Assembly (NCBI GenBank): GCA_965204375.1
Contig: OZ241986.1
Location: 3,328,001 to 3,392,000, forward strand
Length of the DNA stretch: 64,000 bases
Reading direction: 5' to 3'
From: Candidatus Latescibacterota bacterium
GTDB lineage: Bacteria; Latescibacterota; UBA2968
Numbering within the stretch: position 1 is the first letter of the stretch; each line of letters opens with the position of its first letter. Made by a program: the position numbers and the translations under genes. Below are positions 10,533 through 19,853 of the stretch, one piece after another. The notes beneath the pieces are model-generated. The model had not been told where the DNA came from, did no database searches, and worked only from the letters and a program-made list of their open reading frames with translations.

Positions 10533-11083
10533 GTTTTATCACCATTTTTTTCATGCGCCGCTATCCACGCCTGTCGGGTTAGTTGAAACCGCCGTGCGGG
10601 TTCGTTCTGGAACTTGGAACTATTATAGATAAACCCTTCCGTCTCCTGAAACCCATTCTTCTCCAGAACACGAGCAGAAGCCGGATTGCACTTCAGGCAC
10701 ACCGAATGAACAATCTCCATGTCGAGTTCACAGAACGCGTAATTTAGCGCGAGAGCAACAGCCCTGGTCGTGATTCCTCTGCCCCAGTGCGACGATGCGA
10801 TTCCGTAATCACACCGGGCGCTGCGTTTTTCGTAGTCAATCGCCCCGAGTTCTACCACGCCAATCACACCGCCATCTGCAACAATAGCAAAAAAGAACGC
10901 CTCTCGATTTCTATGTGCTCTAACGCCTTTCCTGACGAAAGTCTCTCCACCATTTTTCGGATATGGCTGAGGTATGGTAGTAGTACGCGCAACGCGTTCA
11001 TCAGAGGCATAGCGCTGTACTGCTGCTGCATCGCTGAGCCGCAATGGGCGAATTGTAACCTCTATGTGCTTCTCGCATTTCAC
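10529..11083 (-). CDS. RimJ/RimL-type GNAT N-acetyltransferase
   Basis: IRPLRLSD, HWGRGI, NPASARVLEKNGF. Confidence 0.85.
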   Translation of the reverse strand: MKCEKHIEVTIRPLRLSDAAAVQRYASDERVARTTTIPQPYPKNGGETFVRKGVRAHRNREAFFFAIVADGGVIGVVELGAIDYEKRSARCDYGIASSHWGRGITTRAVALALNYAFCELDMEIVHSVCLKCNPASARVLEKNGFQETEGFIYNSSKFQNEPARRFQLTRQAWIAAHEKNGDKT

Positions 11084-11102
11084 CTCTCACCTCCCACCTG
11101 TA

Positions 11103-12680
11103 TCACATGCCCCAAATATCGATCTCAACCCCACTGTTAGAAGCCGGGCGACAGTGGAACACCTTGTCCTCCCATCGCCGACCTGCCCGACGGTCAAAGA
11201 TCACCAGATGACCCGCCTCTGCATCGCAGCGATCCATGTACTCCGCCGTCTGATCCAGGCCATCGGCGATGGTCTGTTCCAGGCTCTTGTGGAGAACTTT
11301 GCACTCAATCACGATTTTGCGCGTCTGCTCACCCTGCGGCCAGACAATCAGCAAATCTGTACGCATCCGCCCCAACCCATACTCTCGCTCAATGCGTCCA
11401 CCGCTGTTCACAATGCGCTGCAGGAACGCCTGCAACAGAAGCTGAGGGCCAGCCTCCTGGTATTGGAACCGCGTCACCCAATGCTCCGAGTGCTCGCGAA
11501 AAAAAGTCTGGAACGCGGTCATCAATTTGACCACATTCAGGCTGCCATCGGCATTGACGTACCAGGCTGCATCCTCGTCGAGTCCCACCTGGGCGGCGTA
11601 GGTCAGTTCACGCGGAACGATTTCCGCGTAGATCGGATTGGCGATGCGGAGTGGTTCGTTTGAGGCGATCAAGCCCAGATCGCGGACGTATTCGAGATCG
11701 CGAGTGGAGAAGTCGCTGGCCTCTCCACCACTGAGCAACGGCTCAACCACGCGCTGCACGCGCTCTTCCTGCAACTTGTCGGCCAACTGATCCAAATGCG
11801 TCTCTCTACGCAGAATGAGTTGCTCTTGCGCTTCGCGGATGTCCTCCGAAGTAATTGGCCTGTCCTCATTCTCTGCGGCCTCATCCCGAAAGCATGTCTC
11901 ATCCGCCAGCGCGTTCACCAGCCACGGCTGCCCTTGCGTCTGCGTCCAAATCGTCTCCAGTGCGTCTGGCGTGAACACCTGTCCCGTCTCCTCAGTGTGC
12001 TGGCCTATCAGAGCAACCACCTCATCCCGTGAAAAATCGCCCAATCGCAACGATCTCGCCTTGATATTGAACGCGCTACCGCCAGCAATGATCGCATTGG
12101 CCGAACTGGAATGGATGCGGTAATCGCGCACATCGCGCACACCGCACAATACCACACTCTGTGGAAAGTCATCAGGACGCAGGTCATAGCCATCCCGCAA
12201 CTGCCGCAACACGGATAGAAGAGAATCGCCGATCAGTGCGTCAATCTCGTCAATGAACAACACCAGGGGCTTTGGGTCGGCCTGTGCCCAGCGCGTCAAT
12301 GCTTCGTCCAGCGCGCCGTGCGGGCCGTACTTCGCCAAAATGTCCAGCCAAACCTCGTCCAAAAACTCGTCATCCAGCGTCATGCGTGCCCAAGAAGACA
12401 GGGCACCCAGAATGGTACGCATGACCTGTTCCACATCTTCGCGCCCAGCCTGCCCGGCCTCGACATTGACGTACACACAACGGTAGTTGTCCTCGGCATT
12501 GAGCAGGTCGCGCAGAGCCAGCAGTGCCGAGGTCTTGCCCGTTTGCCGAGGCGCGTGCAGAACGAAGTAGCGTTTGTCGCGAATGAGCCTGAGAACTTCG
12601 TTGAGGTTGAGCCGTTCCAGAGGTGGGATGCAGTAGTGATCCTCTGCCACCACCGGCCCGGTCGTATTGAAGAAGCGCAT
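11103..12680 (-). CDS. AAA-type ATPase with C-terminal PD-(D/E)XK nuclease-like domain
   Basis: Walker A APRQTGKT, Walker B LFIDEID, GQPWLV, C-terminal RTDLLI...IVIECK. Confidence 0.8.
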   Translation of the reverse strand: MRFFNTTGPVVAEDHYCIPPLERLNLNEVLRLIRDKRYFVLHAPRQTGKTSALLALRDLLNAEDNYRCVYVNVEAGQAGREDVEQVMRTILGALSSWARMTLDDEFLDEVWLDILAKYGPHGALDEALTRWAQADPKPLVLFIDEIDALIGDSLLSVLRQLRDGYDLRPDDFPQSVVLCGVRDVRDYRIHSSSANAIIAGGSAFNIKARSLRLGDFSRDEVVALIGQHTEETGQVFTPDALETIWTQTQGQPWLVNALADETCFRDEAAENEDRPITSEDIREAQEQLILRRETHLDQLADKLQEERVQRVVEPLLSGGEASDFSTRDLEYVRDLGLIASNEPLRIANPIYAEIVPRELTYAAQVGLDEDAAWYVNADGSLNVVKLMTAFQTFFREHSEHWVTRFQYQEAGPQLLLQAFLQRIVNSGGRIEREYGLGRMRTDLLIVWPQGEQTRKIVIECKVLHKSLEQTIADGLDQTAEYMDRCDAEAGHLVIFDRRAGRRWEDKVFHCRPASNSGVEIDIWGM

Positions 12681-12699
12681 GCTTACAGTTCCTTCTTAT

Positions 12700-14583
12700 T
12701 TAACTCACCTCAGCCCCATCGCTAATCTCGCCATCTGGCGTTACGAGCGTGAGGCCCTGATCATCGGAAGCTGCCAGCAGCATACCCTGGGATTCGACAC
12801 CGCGAATAGTCGCGGGTTCCAGATTGGCAACCACCACAATCTGCTGTCCAACGAGTGCCTCTGGCTCGTAATACTCGGCAATCCCGGCGACGATCTGGCG
12901 TTGCTCATCGCCCAAACTAATTTGCAACTGCAACAGACGATCTGCCCCCTTCACGCGCTCGGCTGCATCAATTTTTGCCACGCGCAATTTGAGCTTCTGA
13001 AACTCTGAAAAAGAAATCAAATCTTCTGGTTTTTCTTCTGCCACATCGACCTCCTCAATACGCGGGAACACCGGATCGCCAGGTGCAACCTTCAAATTGG
13101 CATCCAGACCTCCCCATGTTTTTAAATCATCCAAATGAACATCTTCTGGCGAACCCTTTGCACCGAGTTGTCGCCAAATCTCACACGCCTTTGACGGAAT
13201 CACGGGAAACAGCAACACGGCCAATTGCCGCATCGTCTCCAGCAGCGCGTAAATTGTCACCTCAAGCTCGGCTCTCTTGCTCACATCCTTCACCAAATTC
13301 CAAGGCGCCTGCACCTCGACAAACCGATTGGCCTCCCGCACCAACCGCCAAACCGCATCCAGCACCGCATTGGGATTCATCGCATCAATAGCCTCGCCCA
13401 CCGCATTGAGCGTCTCATCCGTCTGCGCTTTCAAAGCGTCGAGCGCCGCGTGGTCGCCATCAACAGCGGGCACAACCCCATCCAGATACCGCGCAGCCAT
13501 CACCACCGAGCGATTCAGCAAATTGCCCAACTCATTTGCCAACTCGGTATTATAGCGCTGAATAAAAGCCTCCTCGCTAAAATCGCTATCCTGCCCCAGC
13601 GTCATATCGCGCACCAGAAAATACCGAAACGCATCCACCCCGTATTTATCCGCCAAATCCAGCGGTCGAATCGCATTGCCCAGCGACTTTCCCATCTTTG
13701 TCTCATCCACGAGCCAGAAACCATGTCCCATAACCGTTTCCGGCAATGGCACATCCATCGCCTTGAGCATCGTGGGCCAATACACGCAGTGCGTAGTCAA
13801 AATATCCTTGCCAATCAGATGGCAAGACGCGGGCCACCAGTGCTCAAAACGCGCATCATCGGCGATATAACCCGGTGCCGTGATATAATTGATCAGCGCA
13901 TCAAACCAAACATAACAGACATAATCTTCATCAAAAGGAAGCGGAATCCCCCATTCCAAACGATCTTTGGGGCGAGAAACACACAGATCGCCCAGCGGCT
14001 GGCGCAAAAATCCGAGGATCTCGTTGCGCCGCTTTTCTGGTCGAATAAAATTGGGATGTGTCTCAATATACTCAATGAGCCAGTCCTGATATTTGCTCAT
14101 TTTAAAAAAATAATTCTTCTCCGAAATCTTCACCACAGGCCGCCCGCAATCCGGACAATTCCCATCAACCAGATCCTTCTCCGTCCAGAATCGCTCATCC
14201 GGAATACAATACCACCCCTCGTAATTATCCGAATAAATCTCGCCCGCATCGTAAATGCGTTGCAAAATCTCGGATACAACGCGCTTGTGCCGCGCTTCGG
14301 TAGTGCGAATAAAATCATCATGAGAAATATTTAAAACATCCCACAACGCCTGAAACCGCACCACCATTTCATCGGCGTGTGCCAGAGGCGACAAATTGCG
14401 CTCTTTCGCCGCCTCATCCACTTTCTGCCCGTGCTCATCTGTACCCGTCAAAAACAACACATCATCGCCAGTTAGGCGATGAAAACGCGACAACACATCG
14501 GCCATAATCGTCGTGTACGCATGCCCGATATGGGGTTCATCATTGACGTAATAAATCGGTGTTGTAATATAAAATGTGCCCAT
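12700..14583 (-). CDS. metG: Methionine--tRNA ligase with C-terminal tRNA-binding domain
   Basis: FYITTPIYY, HIGH, YVWFDAL, KMGKSLGN, GVESQGMLL. Confidence 0.98.
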   Translation of the reverse strand: MGTFYITTPIYYVNDEPHIGHAYTTIMADVLSRFHRLTGDDVLFLTGTDEHGQKVDEAAKERNLSPLAHADEMVVRFQALWDVLNISHDDFIRTTEARHKRVVSEILQRIYDAGEIYSDNYEGWYCIPDERFWTEKDLVDGNCPDCGRPVVKISEKNYFFKMSKYQDWLIEYIETHPNFIRPEKRRNEILGFLRQPLGDLCVSRPKDRLEWGIPLPFDEDYVCYVWFDALINYITAPGYIADDARFEHWWPASCHLIGKDILTTHCVYWPTMLKAMDVPLPETVMGHGFWLVDETKMGKSLGNAIRPLDLADKYGVDAFRYFLVRDMTLGQDSDFSEEAFIQRYNTELANELGNLLNRSVVMAARYLDGVVPAVDGDHAALDALKAQTDETLNAVGEAIDAMNPNAVLDAVWRLVREANRFVEVQAPWNLVKDVSKRAELEVTIYALLETMRQLAVLLFPVIPSKACEIWRQLGAKGSPEDVHLDDLKTWGGLDANLKVAPGDPVFPRIEEVDVAEEKPEDLISFSEFQKLKLRVAKIDAAERVKGADRLLQLQISLGDEQRQIVAGIAEYYEPEALVGQQIVVVANLEPATIRGVESQGMLLAASDDQGLTLVTPDGEISDGAEVS

Positions 14584-14597
14584 TTTTCTACGCCCAC

Positions 14598-15641
14598 TCA
14601 AAGGGACCTGATCTGTCGCCAGAGCGAAATCAAGCCCAGATTCATATTCACATTGCGGTGATTCATCTCCCGCAGAGATTCAATCTTTTTTACAATTGCG
14701 GCGAGTTGGTCCAGATCAAAAGCCCCCGCCAATCGCCCAACATTGTCCTTCTGCACAGCATTGGCTATATGATCATCCCGACCACATTGCAACAACAGCG
14801 CATCCCTGAGCCAGATTTCTGCACCTGCCAAAATATCCAACGCCTCTTGTCGGTCAAGTTTTGCCAGTGCTTCAAACGTGCGCTCCTCCTGCTCCCCCAG
14901 CAACGCTTCCAAAAACTTGAAAGATCTATCTTGCCTATCTGCGATATGGCCATCGGTCATATCCAACGCCCTGCGCAAGTCGCCGCCACACGTGCGTGCA
15001 ATAAAATCTGCCGTTGTCTCATCAACGCCCCTCGCCGTCAACCCAACACTGATATCCTGAGCCAAAAGCGCGGGAAATTTCACAAACTGACATCGAGACA
15101 CAATGGTGGGCAACAACGCATCGCCCTGGGATGCAATCAAGATCATCAGCGACCGAACAGGCGGTTCTTCCAGGGTTTTCAACATAGCGTTGGCCGCCTC
15201 TGCACGCATTTGTTCCGCGTGTAAAATAAGAATCGTGCGCCAGCCCCCCGCAAAAGCACTGTGCGTAAACTGCCGCTGCATCTCCCGAACGCGATCAATA
15301 GCAATCGCTGCATTGTCGTCGGGCAATGGATAGTGATAAGGCGATTGCCAGACCTGAAACAGTGCAGCTTGCCTATCTTCCTCTTTCACGCGAGAAGAAA
15401 AGGGAAAGAGCAGCGCACTATCCGGATGATTGAGATTTGTCACCTTGTGGCATGCGGCGCAATGCCCACAGGCCACAGCACCATCTTCCCGACAATGCAA
15501 CGCCTGCACAAAATCCAATGCCGCCGCCACTGCACCCGTGCCAGAAGTGCCCAAAAACAACAGCGCGTGCGGGACTCGATCTCTTTCAATCAATTCGGTC
15601 AAAAACCGAACCGCGCGCCCCTGTCCAATCACACGTTTCAA
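14598..15641 (-). CDS. holB: DNA polymerase III subunit delta'
   Basis: VIGQ, PHALLF.G, CGHCAAC...NHPD, AANAMLKTLEEPP, LLPTIVSRCQ. Confidence 0.9.
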   Translation of the reverse strand: MKRVIGQGRAVRFLTELIERDRVPHALLFLGTSGTGAVAAALDFVQALHCREDGAVACGHCAACHKVTNLNHPDSALLFPFSSRVKEEDRQAALFQVWQSPYHYPLPDDNAAIAIDRVREMQRQFTHSAFAGGWRTILILHAEQMRAEAANAMLKTLEEPPVRSLMILIASQGDALLPTIVSRCQFVKFPALLAQDISVGLTARGVDETTADFIARTCGGDLRRALDMTDGHIADRQDRSFKFLEALLGEQEERTFEALAKLDRQEALDILAGAEIWLRDALLLQCGRDDHIANAVQKDNVGRLAGAFDLDQLAAIVKKIESLREMNHRNVNMNLGLISLWRQIRSL

Positions 15642-15657
15642 TATCGCCTCTTATATG

Positions 15658-15696
15658 AAAAGCCGCTGGAACGGAACATTCCAACGGCTTTTTTTT
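15658..15696 (-). terminator. Intrinsic terminator/attenuator-like hairpin in the holB leader
   Basis: Minus strand AAAAGCCGTTGGAA-tgttccg-TTCCAGCGGCTTTT; one U.G wobble on minus becomes a C/A mismatch on plus; ends 16 nt before the holB start. Confidence 0.7.
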
Positions 15697-15719
15697 ATGC
15701 AAACGACTAAAATGATCCG

Positions 15720-15815
15720 CTATCCATGTTCCTGCTCACAATGAGAATGTACAACACGTGTAGCCCGTACAACGACGGGCATCGGCATTTGCATTGTTGG
15801 CGCAAAAAACAACAT
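15720..15815 (-). CDS. Putative 31-aa leader peptide MLFFAPTMQMPMPVVVRATRVVHSHCEQEHG
   Basis: GGAG 7 nt upstream of the ATG; lies between a consensus promoter and a terminator hairpin; below the ORF-track cutoff. Confidence 0.5.
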   Translation of the reverse strand: MLFFAPTMQMPMPVVVRATRVVHSHCEQEHG

Positions 15816-15858
15816 GGAACGGCTCCATAATCAAAAGTATATTACAACGCGGTGAAAA

Positions 15859-15887
15859 ATAATATACCTTATCCATCCATTTGTCAA
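15859..15887 (-). promoter_or_regulatory. Sigma70-type promoter for the leader/holB-metG unit
   Basis: TTGACA-17 nt-TATTAT on the minus strand. Confidence 0.7.
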
Positions 15888-15921
15888 GATTTTATTAGCC
15901 ATTTGTTCTACCTCTAAATAG

Positions 15922-15950
15922 TTGACACCTGCGACACAATTTTTTAAGTT
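15922..15950 (+). promoter_or_regulatory. Possible sigma70 promoter for the groES-like gene
   Basis: TTGACA-17 nt-TAAGTT. Confidence 0.45.
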
Positions 15951-16001
15951 TGATCAACAATTGTTTGGATTTGTGCAGGAACCATTGAGCGAGAAAATGC
16001 A

Positions 16002-16421
16002 ATGCAAATAGGAAACAAAGAACTCGTCGTTATTGGCGACCGCGTTTTGGTCAAGCGGGAAGATTTGGAAGAGCGAACCAAAGTGGGGCTTTATTTGCCT
16101 CAAACCGTAGTCGAAAAAGAGGAAGTACAGAGCGGTCGCATTATGGCCACAGGCCCCGGTCTGCCGCTGCCAGAAACGCCCGAAGACGATGAACCCTGGC
16201 GCAATTCCCCAAAAGAACCGCGGTATTTGCCCCTGCAAGTGGAGGAAGGAGATTTTGCCTTATTTTTGCAAAAAGCCGCGATGGAGATCTCTTTTGAAGG
16301 AGAGAAATATCTCATTGTGCCCCAGGCTTCCATCCTGGTTGTGATTCGAGAATCGGATACCATAGTAGGCGAAGACGAGGTATTGGATGAACTGGAGGGT
16401 TTGGACGACCTCGACCTGTGA
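16002..16421 (+). CDS. groES: GroES/Cpn10 family co-chaperonin (stand-alone)
   Basis: IGDRVLVK...ERTKVGLYLP...G.IMATGPG...V.EGD...EISFEGEKYLIV. Confidence 0.85.
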   Translation: MQIGNKELVVIGDRVLVKREDLEERTKVGLYLPQTVVEKEEVQSGRIMATGPGLPLPETPEDDEPWRNSPKEPRYLPLQVEEGDFALFLQKAAMEISFEGEKYLIVPQASILVVIRESDTIVGEDEVLDELEGLDDLDL

Positions 16422-16438
16422 TGGTTTTGTGAAAGTTC

Positions 16439-16469
16439 AAAAAAAAAGCCGCTGATTAGCGGCTTTTTT
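16439..16469. terminator. Bidirectional intrinsic terminator
   Basis: A-run AGCCGCT-gatt-AGCGGCT T-run between convergent genes. Confidence 0.85.
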
Positions 16470-16477
16470 ATTTTAAC

Positions 16478-17416
16478 TCACTGTTTCGCCTGTGCCTCAG
16501 TATCCGATCTGGCACATCGAAAACCCAGAGAAGGATAGGTTTTATCGGGCTTTTCACCTCGCCGTCGGGCCATATGAATATGGGGGGCACTCCAGCCCCC
16601 GCCCCTTATGACGCGCTTTTTCCCAGCCTCCGGGCCTGTGGGATTGTGGAGCGGAGAAACGCGGTAATATCCTTCGTCAAACCAATCCCAACACCATTCC
16701 CATACATTGCCCGACATATCGAGTAACCCTTCACTGGTAGCACCTTCGGGGAAGGTCCCCACAGGCAATGGGCGCCGGTTCCGAGTCTCTCGGGTATTTG
16801 CTCGCGTGACGTCAAAACGATCGCCCCAGGGGTAAAGACGGCTTTGTGCCCCTCGTGCTGCGCGTTCCCACTCCGCTTCAGTAGGCAGTCGTTTGCCCTT
16901 CCATGAACAATAGGCATTGGCGTCATGCCACGAAACACCCACAACGGGTTGGTTGGGATTATTGTATTTGGCCTCGCCCCAATACCGGGGAGCCGCATGC
17001 CCTGTGCTCGTCACAAATTCGCGGTACTGAGCATTGGTTACTTCGCGTGTATCGACCCAGTACGCATTGAGATAAACCTTGTGTACAGGCGCGTTTTTAT
17101 CTCGAGTATCTCCCATGAGAAAATGGCCTGCGGAAATTTGCACCTCCATTTTACCTGTACTATCGGAAGATACGGCTACACGGGGTCTGGGCTGTTCAAA
17201 AGGAGAACGTCCATCAATCGTCTTGATACTCAACTTGGAAATTTTGATCTGGCTGGAAGAAAGCTGAAGCGTAATAGAAGTCGCTGTCTCTCGAATCAGT
17301 TCGCCCCGCACAACGCGACCCGATTTGAGAACGACCTCAACGGCCTCAGTTGTATCGACCAGGCCAGATAACACCCCAAATACGATTAAAAATACTCCCA
17401 TAATATACCGCCGCAT
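16478..17416 (-). CDS. Secreted FGE-sulfatase (SUMF1/EgtB/PvdO) fold protein
   Basis: Signal peptide; FLMGD, EVTNAQY, PVVGVSW, RLPTEAEWE, DMSGNVWEW, RGGGW, GFRC. Confidence 0.88.
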   Translation of the reverse strand: MRRYIMGVFLIVFGVLSGLVDTTEAVEVVLKSGRVVRGELIRETATSITLQLSSSQIKISKLSIKTIDGRSPFEQPRPRVAVSSDSTGKMEVQISAGHFLMGDTRDKNAPVHKVYLNAYWVDTREVTNAQYREFVTSTGHAAPRYWGEAKYNNPNQPVVGVSWHDANAYCSWKGKRLPTEAEWERAARGAQSRLYPWGDRFDVTRANTRETRNRRPLPVGTFPEGATSEGLLDMSGNVWEWCWDWFDEGYYRVSPLHNPTGPEAGKKRVIRGGGWSAPHIHMARRRGEKPDKTYPSLGFRCARSDTEAQAKQ

Positions 17417-17526
17417 TTTGCCTCCTTGGCGATTGGATTATCGCTTTTTGGTCGCGCCTTTGAAAGTAATCATTTCGCGGTATTTTGTCCAGTCCCGCAA
17501 AACATACCCACAATAAGAAAAAAATA

Positions 17527-17554
17527 AAAGCCCAACCTTAAAAGGCTGGGCTTT
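17527..17554 (-). terminator. Intrinsic terminator after HU gene
   Basis: Minus strand AAAGCCCAGCC-ttttaa-GGTTGGGCTTTT followed by ATTTTTTT. Confidence 0.7.
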
Positions 17555-17581
17555 GCGACGGTTCCCTAAATGCGACAATTG

Positions 17582-17899
17582 CTAAACCATGTCTTTCAGT
17601 TTTTTGAGAGCTGAAATTCTTACACCCTGCGAAGCGGGTTTGGCTGCAATGGTTATTTTTTCGCCAGTGAAGGGATTGACGCCCTCTCGTTCTGCGCGGG
17701 CCGGTTTTTCGACCCTTTTGATTTTGAGCAGACCGGGCAACACAAATTCACCGACGGAACCTGCTGTGATATGGCTTTCAATGGCACTGTCCAACCCATC
17801 AAGAACGCTACCCACATCTTTTTTGCTCAGACCAGTGCTTTCTGCGATCGCGCTTACAATCTGGGCTTTACTCCATCGTTTTGTTACAGCTTGCGACAT
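17582..17899 (-). CDS. HU family DNA-binding protein
   Basis: SKAQIV..IAE.TGLSKKDV, LPGLLKI, REGVNPFTGEKITIAAKPA. Confidence 0.92.
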   Translation of the reverse strand: MSQAVTKRWSKAQIVSAIAESTGLSKKDVGSVLDGLDSAIESHITAGSVGEFVLPGLLKIKRVEKPARAEREGVNPFTGEKITIAAKPASQGVRISALKKLKDMV

Positions 17900-17991
17900 A
17901 ATTCTCTCCCTTTGTGAAAATGGATTTACTGATTCCCCACCCTGTGCCTCCCGCAAAGGCAAATAGGTTGAAGGCTATATCGTGTAACATA

Positions 17992-18021
17992 ATTATAGTC
18001 CAGCATGCTTTGATTTGTCAA
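17992..18021 (-). promoter_or_regulatory. Sigma70 promoter of HU gene
   Basis: TTGACA-18 nt-TATAAT on the minus strand. Confidence 0.7.
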
Positions 18022-18060
18022 GTATAGATTGCCCATTCTCCTGTTTTATGTCTTTTTGGC

Positions 18061-19044
18061 CTACTCCACCCAAATATCCGGGCGCGTATCCACCCCGTAA
18101 TTCTCAAATATCGCATCAACAGCACACTTATCGTCTTCGGATAGCGCCACCTCCAATGCCCCCATATTCGACACCACCTCCTCGGGTTTACGCACGCCAA
18201 CCAGTGCGGTGCTGATCACAGGGTTGGACAACACCCACGCCAGCGCGAGATGATATATAGCTGTACCGCGATCCGCTGCCATCTGTTTTAACGCTTCCAC
18301 CACCTTCAGATTGCGCGGAAAATTTTCCTCTGCAAACAAAGGCATATTAAACAACCCACCCTTAGAACGCCAATCTTCTGTCTCAAATGTCGTATTCTCA
18401 TCAAATGCGCCAGCGAGCAACCCATGCGCCAGAGATCCATATCCCATCATCCCAATACCGTGCGTTTCGCAATAGGGAAAAACCTCTCTCTCCATGCGCC
18501 GATCAAACATGTGATAGCCGTATTGCCCCACATCTACCCGTCGCGTCTTCATGCACGCATCGATCTCTTCTGCCTTGAAATTCGATACCCCTCCAAAGCG
18601 CACCTTACCCTGCTGAATCAAATCTTCCAGCACCTGCATAGGCTCTTCAAAAGGCGTGTGCCGATCGGGCCAGTGAATCAAATAGACATCGATATAATCC
18701 GTATTCAAAAACCGCAAACTATTCTCTACCGACGCCATAATTCGCTCCCTGCGGCTGTCGCGCCCCTTTTCCCGTCCCGAATCCGTATATCCAATACCGA
18801 CCTTTGTCACCACAATCACATCCTTGCGTCGATTTCCCAGGCCACGCGCGAGCAGAGCCTCTGATTTTCCCTTCCCATAGCCTTCGGCCGTATCAAAGCA
18901 ATTAATCCCCAGATCCAGTGCCTTGTGAATACCCGCAATCACTTCGCCCTCATCAAAATAACCATAATTCCCACCGAGTTCCCAGCACCCAAATCCAATC
19001 GCCGAAACATCCAATCCGGTCTTTCCAAACGGCCTGTATTCCAC
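18061..19044 (-). CDS. Aldo/keto reductase
   Basis: IGFGCW, FDTAEGYG, IDVYLIHWPD, GVSNF, GSLAHGLL. Confidence 0.92.
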   Translation of the reverse strand: MEYRPFGKTGLDVSAIGFGCWELGGNYGYFDEGEVIAGIHKALDLGINCFDTAEGYGKGKSEALLARGLGNRRKDVIVVTKVGIGYTDSGREKGRDSRRERIMASVENSLRFLNTDYIDVYLIHWPDRHTPFEEPMQVLEDLIQQGKVRFGGVSNFKAEEIDACMKTRRVDVGQYGYHMFDRRMEREVFPYCETHGIGMMGYGSLAHGLLAGAFDENTTFETEDWRSKGGLFNMPLFAEENFPRNLKVVEALKQMAADRGTAIYHLALAWVLSNPVISTALVGVRKPEEVVSNMGALEVALSEDDKCAVDAIFENYGVDTRPDIWVE

Positions 19045-19074
19045 GGCAAACCTCCAGATAAAAATGTTGTTTAA

Positions 19075-19842
19075 TCACCGCCCCATCCACCCGCCATCCA
19101 CAGTCAAAATCGCACCATTGACATAACTGGCCGCATCCGAACACAAAAACACACACGCGCCTTTTAAATCATCCGGCTGCCCCCATCGTCCCTGGGGAAT
19201 GCGCATCAAAATTTGCTCGGAACGGACAGAATCACTGCGCAGGGCTTCGGTATTATCTGTCGCAATATAACCCGGCGCAATAGCATTGACATTCACCCCC
19301 TTACTCGCCCACTCATTTGACAGCGCCATCGTCAAAGTCGCAATTCCCCCTTTGGCCGCGGCGTAACCCGGCACTGTAATGCCACCCTGAAAACTCAGCA
19401 AAGACGCTGTAAAAACAATTTTGCCACGCCCACGCGCCACCATCTCTTTGCCAAACTCGCGCGCGAGAACAAATTGTGCATTCAAATTTACCTCAATGAC
19501 CTTATCCCAGTATTCATCGGGATGATCCGCCGCAGGCTCCCGCAAAATCGTACCCGCATTATTCACCAATATATCGACCTGAGCGACATCTGCTTTCACC
19601 TGTGCTATAAAAGCCCGCAAAGCATCTCGATCGGAAAAATCACATGCATAAGGATGAAAACTACGGCCTAATGCCGCGACATCCCCCTCTACTTCACTAC
19701 CCGACGCCAGCGATGCACTCACCCCCACAATATCGGCACCTGCCTCAGCCAACCCCTGGGCAAAAGCGCGACCAATACCTCGCCGACACCCCGTCACCAG
19801 TGCCGTCTTACCGCTCAAATCAAACGCATCCAAAATTCCCAT
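19075..19842 (-). CDS. kduD: SDR oxidoreductase, 2-dehydro-3-deoxy-D-gluconate 5-dehydrogenase-like
   Basis: VTG..RGIG, NNAG, ASLLSFQGGITVPGYAAAKGG, NAIAPGYIATDNT, VDGGWMGR. Confidence 0.8.
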   Translation of the reverse strand: MGILDAFDLSGKTALVTGCRRGIGRAFAQGLAEAGADIVGVSASLASGSEVEGDVAALGRSFHPYACDFSDRDALRAFIAQVKADVAQVDILVNNAGTILREPAADHPDEYWDKVIEVNLNAQFVLAREFGKEMVARGRGKIVFTASLLSFQGGITVPGYAAAKGGIATLTMALSNEWASKGVNVNAIAPGYIATDNTEALRSDSVRSEQILMRIPQGRWGQPDDLKGACVFLCSDAASYVNGAILTVDGGWMGR

Positions 19843-19853
19843 AATAGCCCCTG

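Noticed and set aside
4779-14334. Long antisense ORFs (e.g. 4779-5663, 13225-14334)
   Set aside because: Mirror frames of ilvE and metG with no recognisable motifs
15736-15828. Alternative Cys-rich leader ORF MEPFHVVFCANNANADARRCTGYTCCTFSL
   Set aside because: No SD upstream; the GGAG is correctly spaced for the other frame. Not fully excluded
16478-17416. Active formylglycine-generating enzyme
   Set aside because: The catalytic Cys pair after RGGxW is absent, so it was called fold-only
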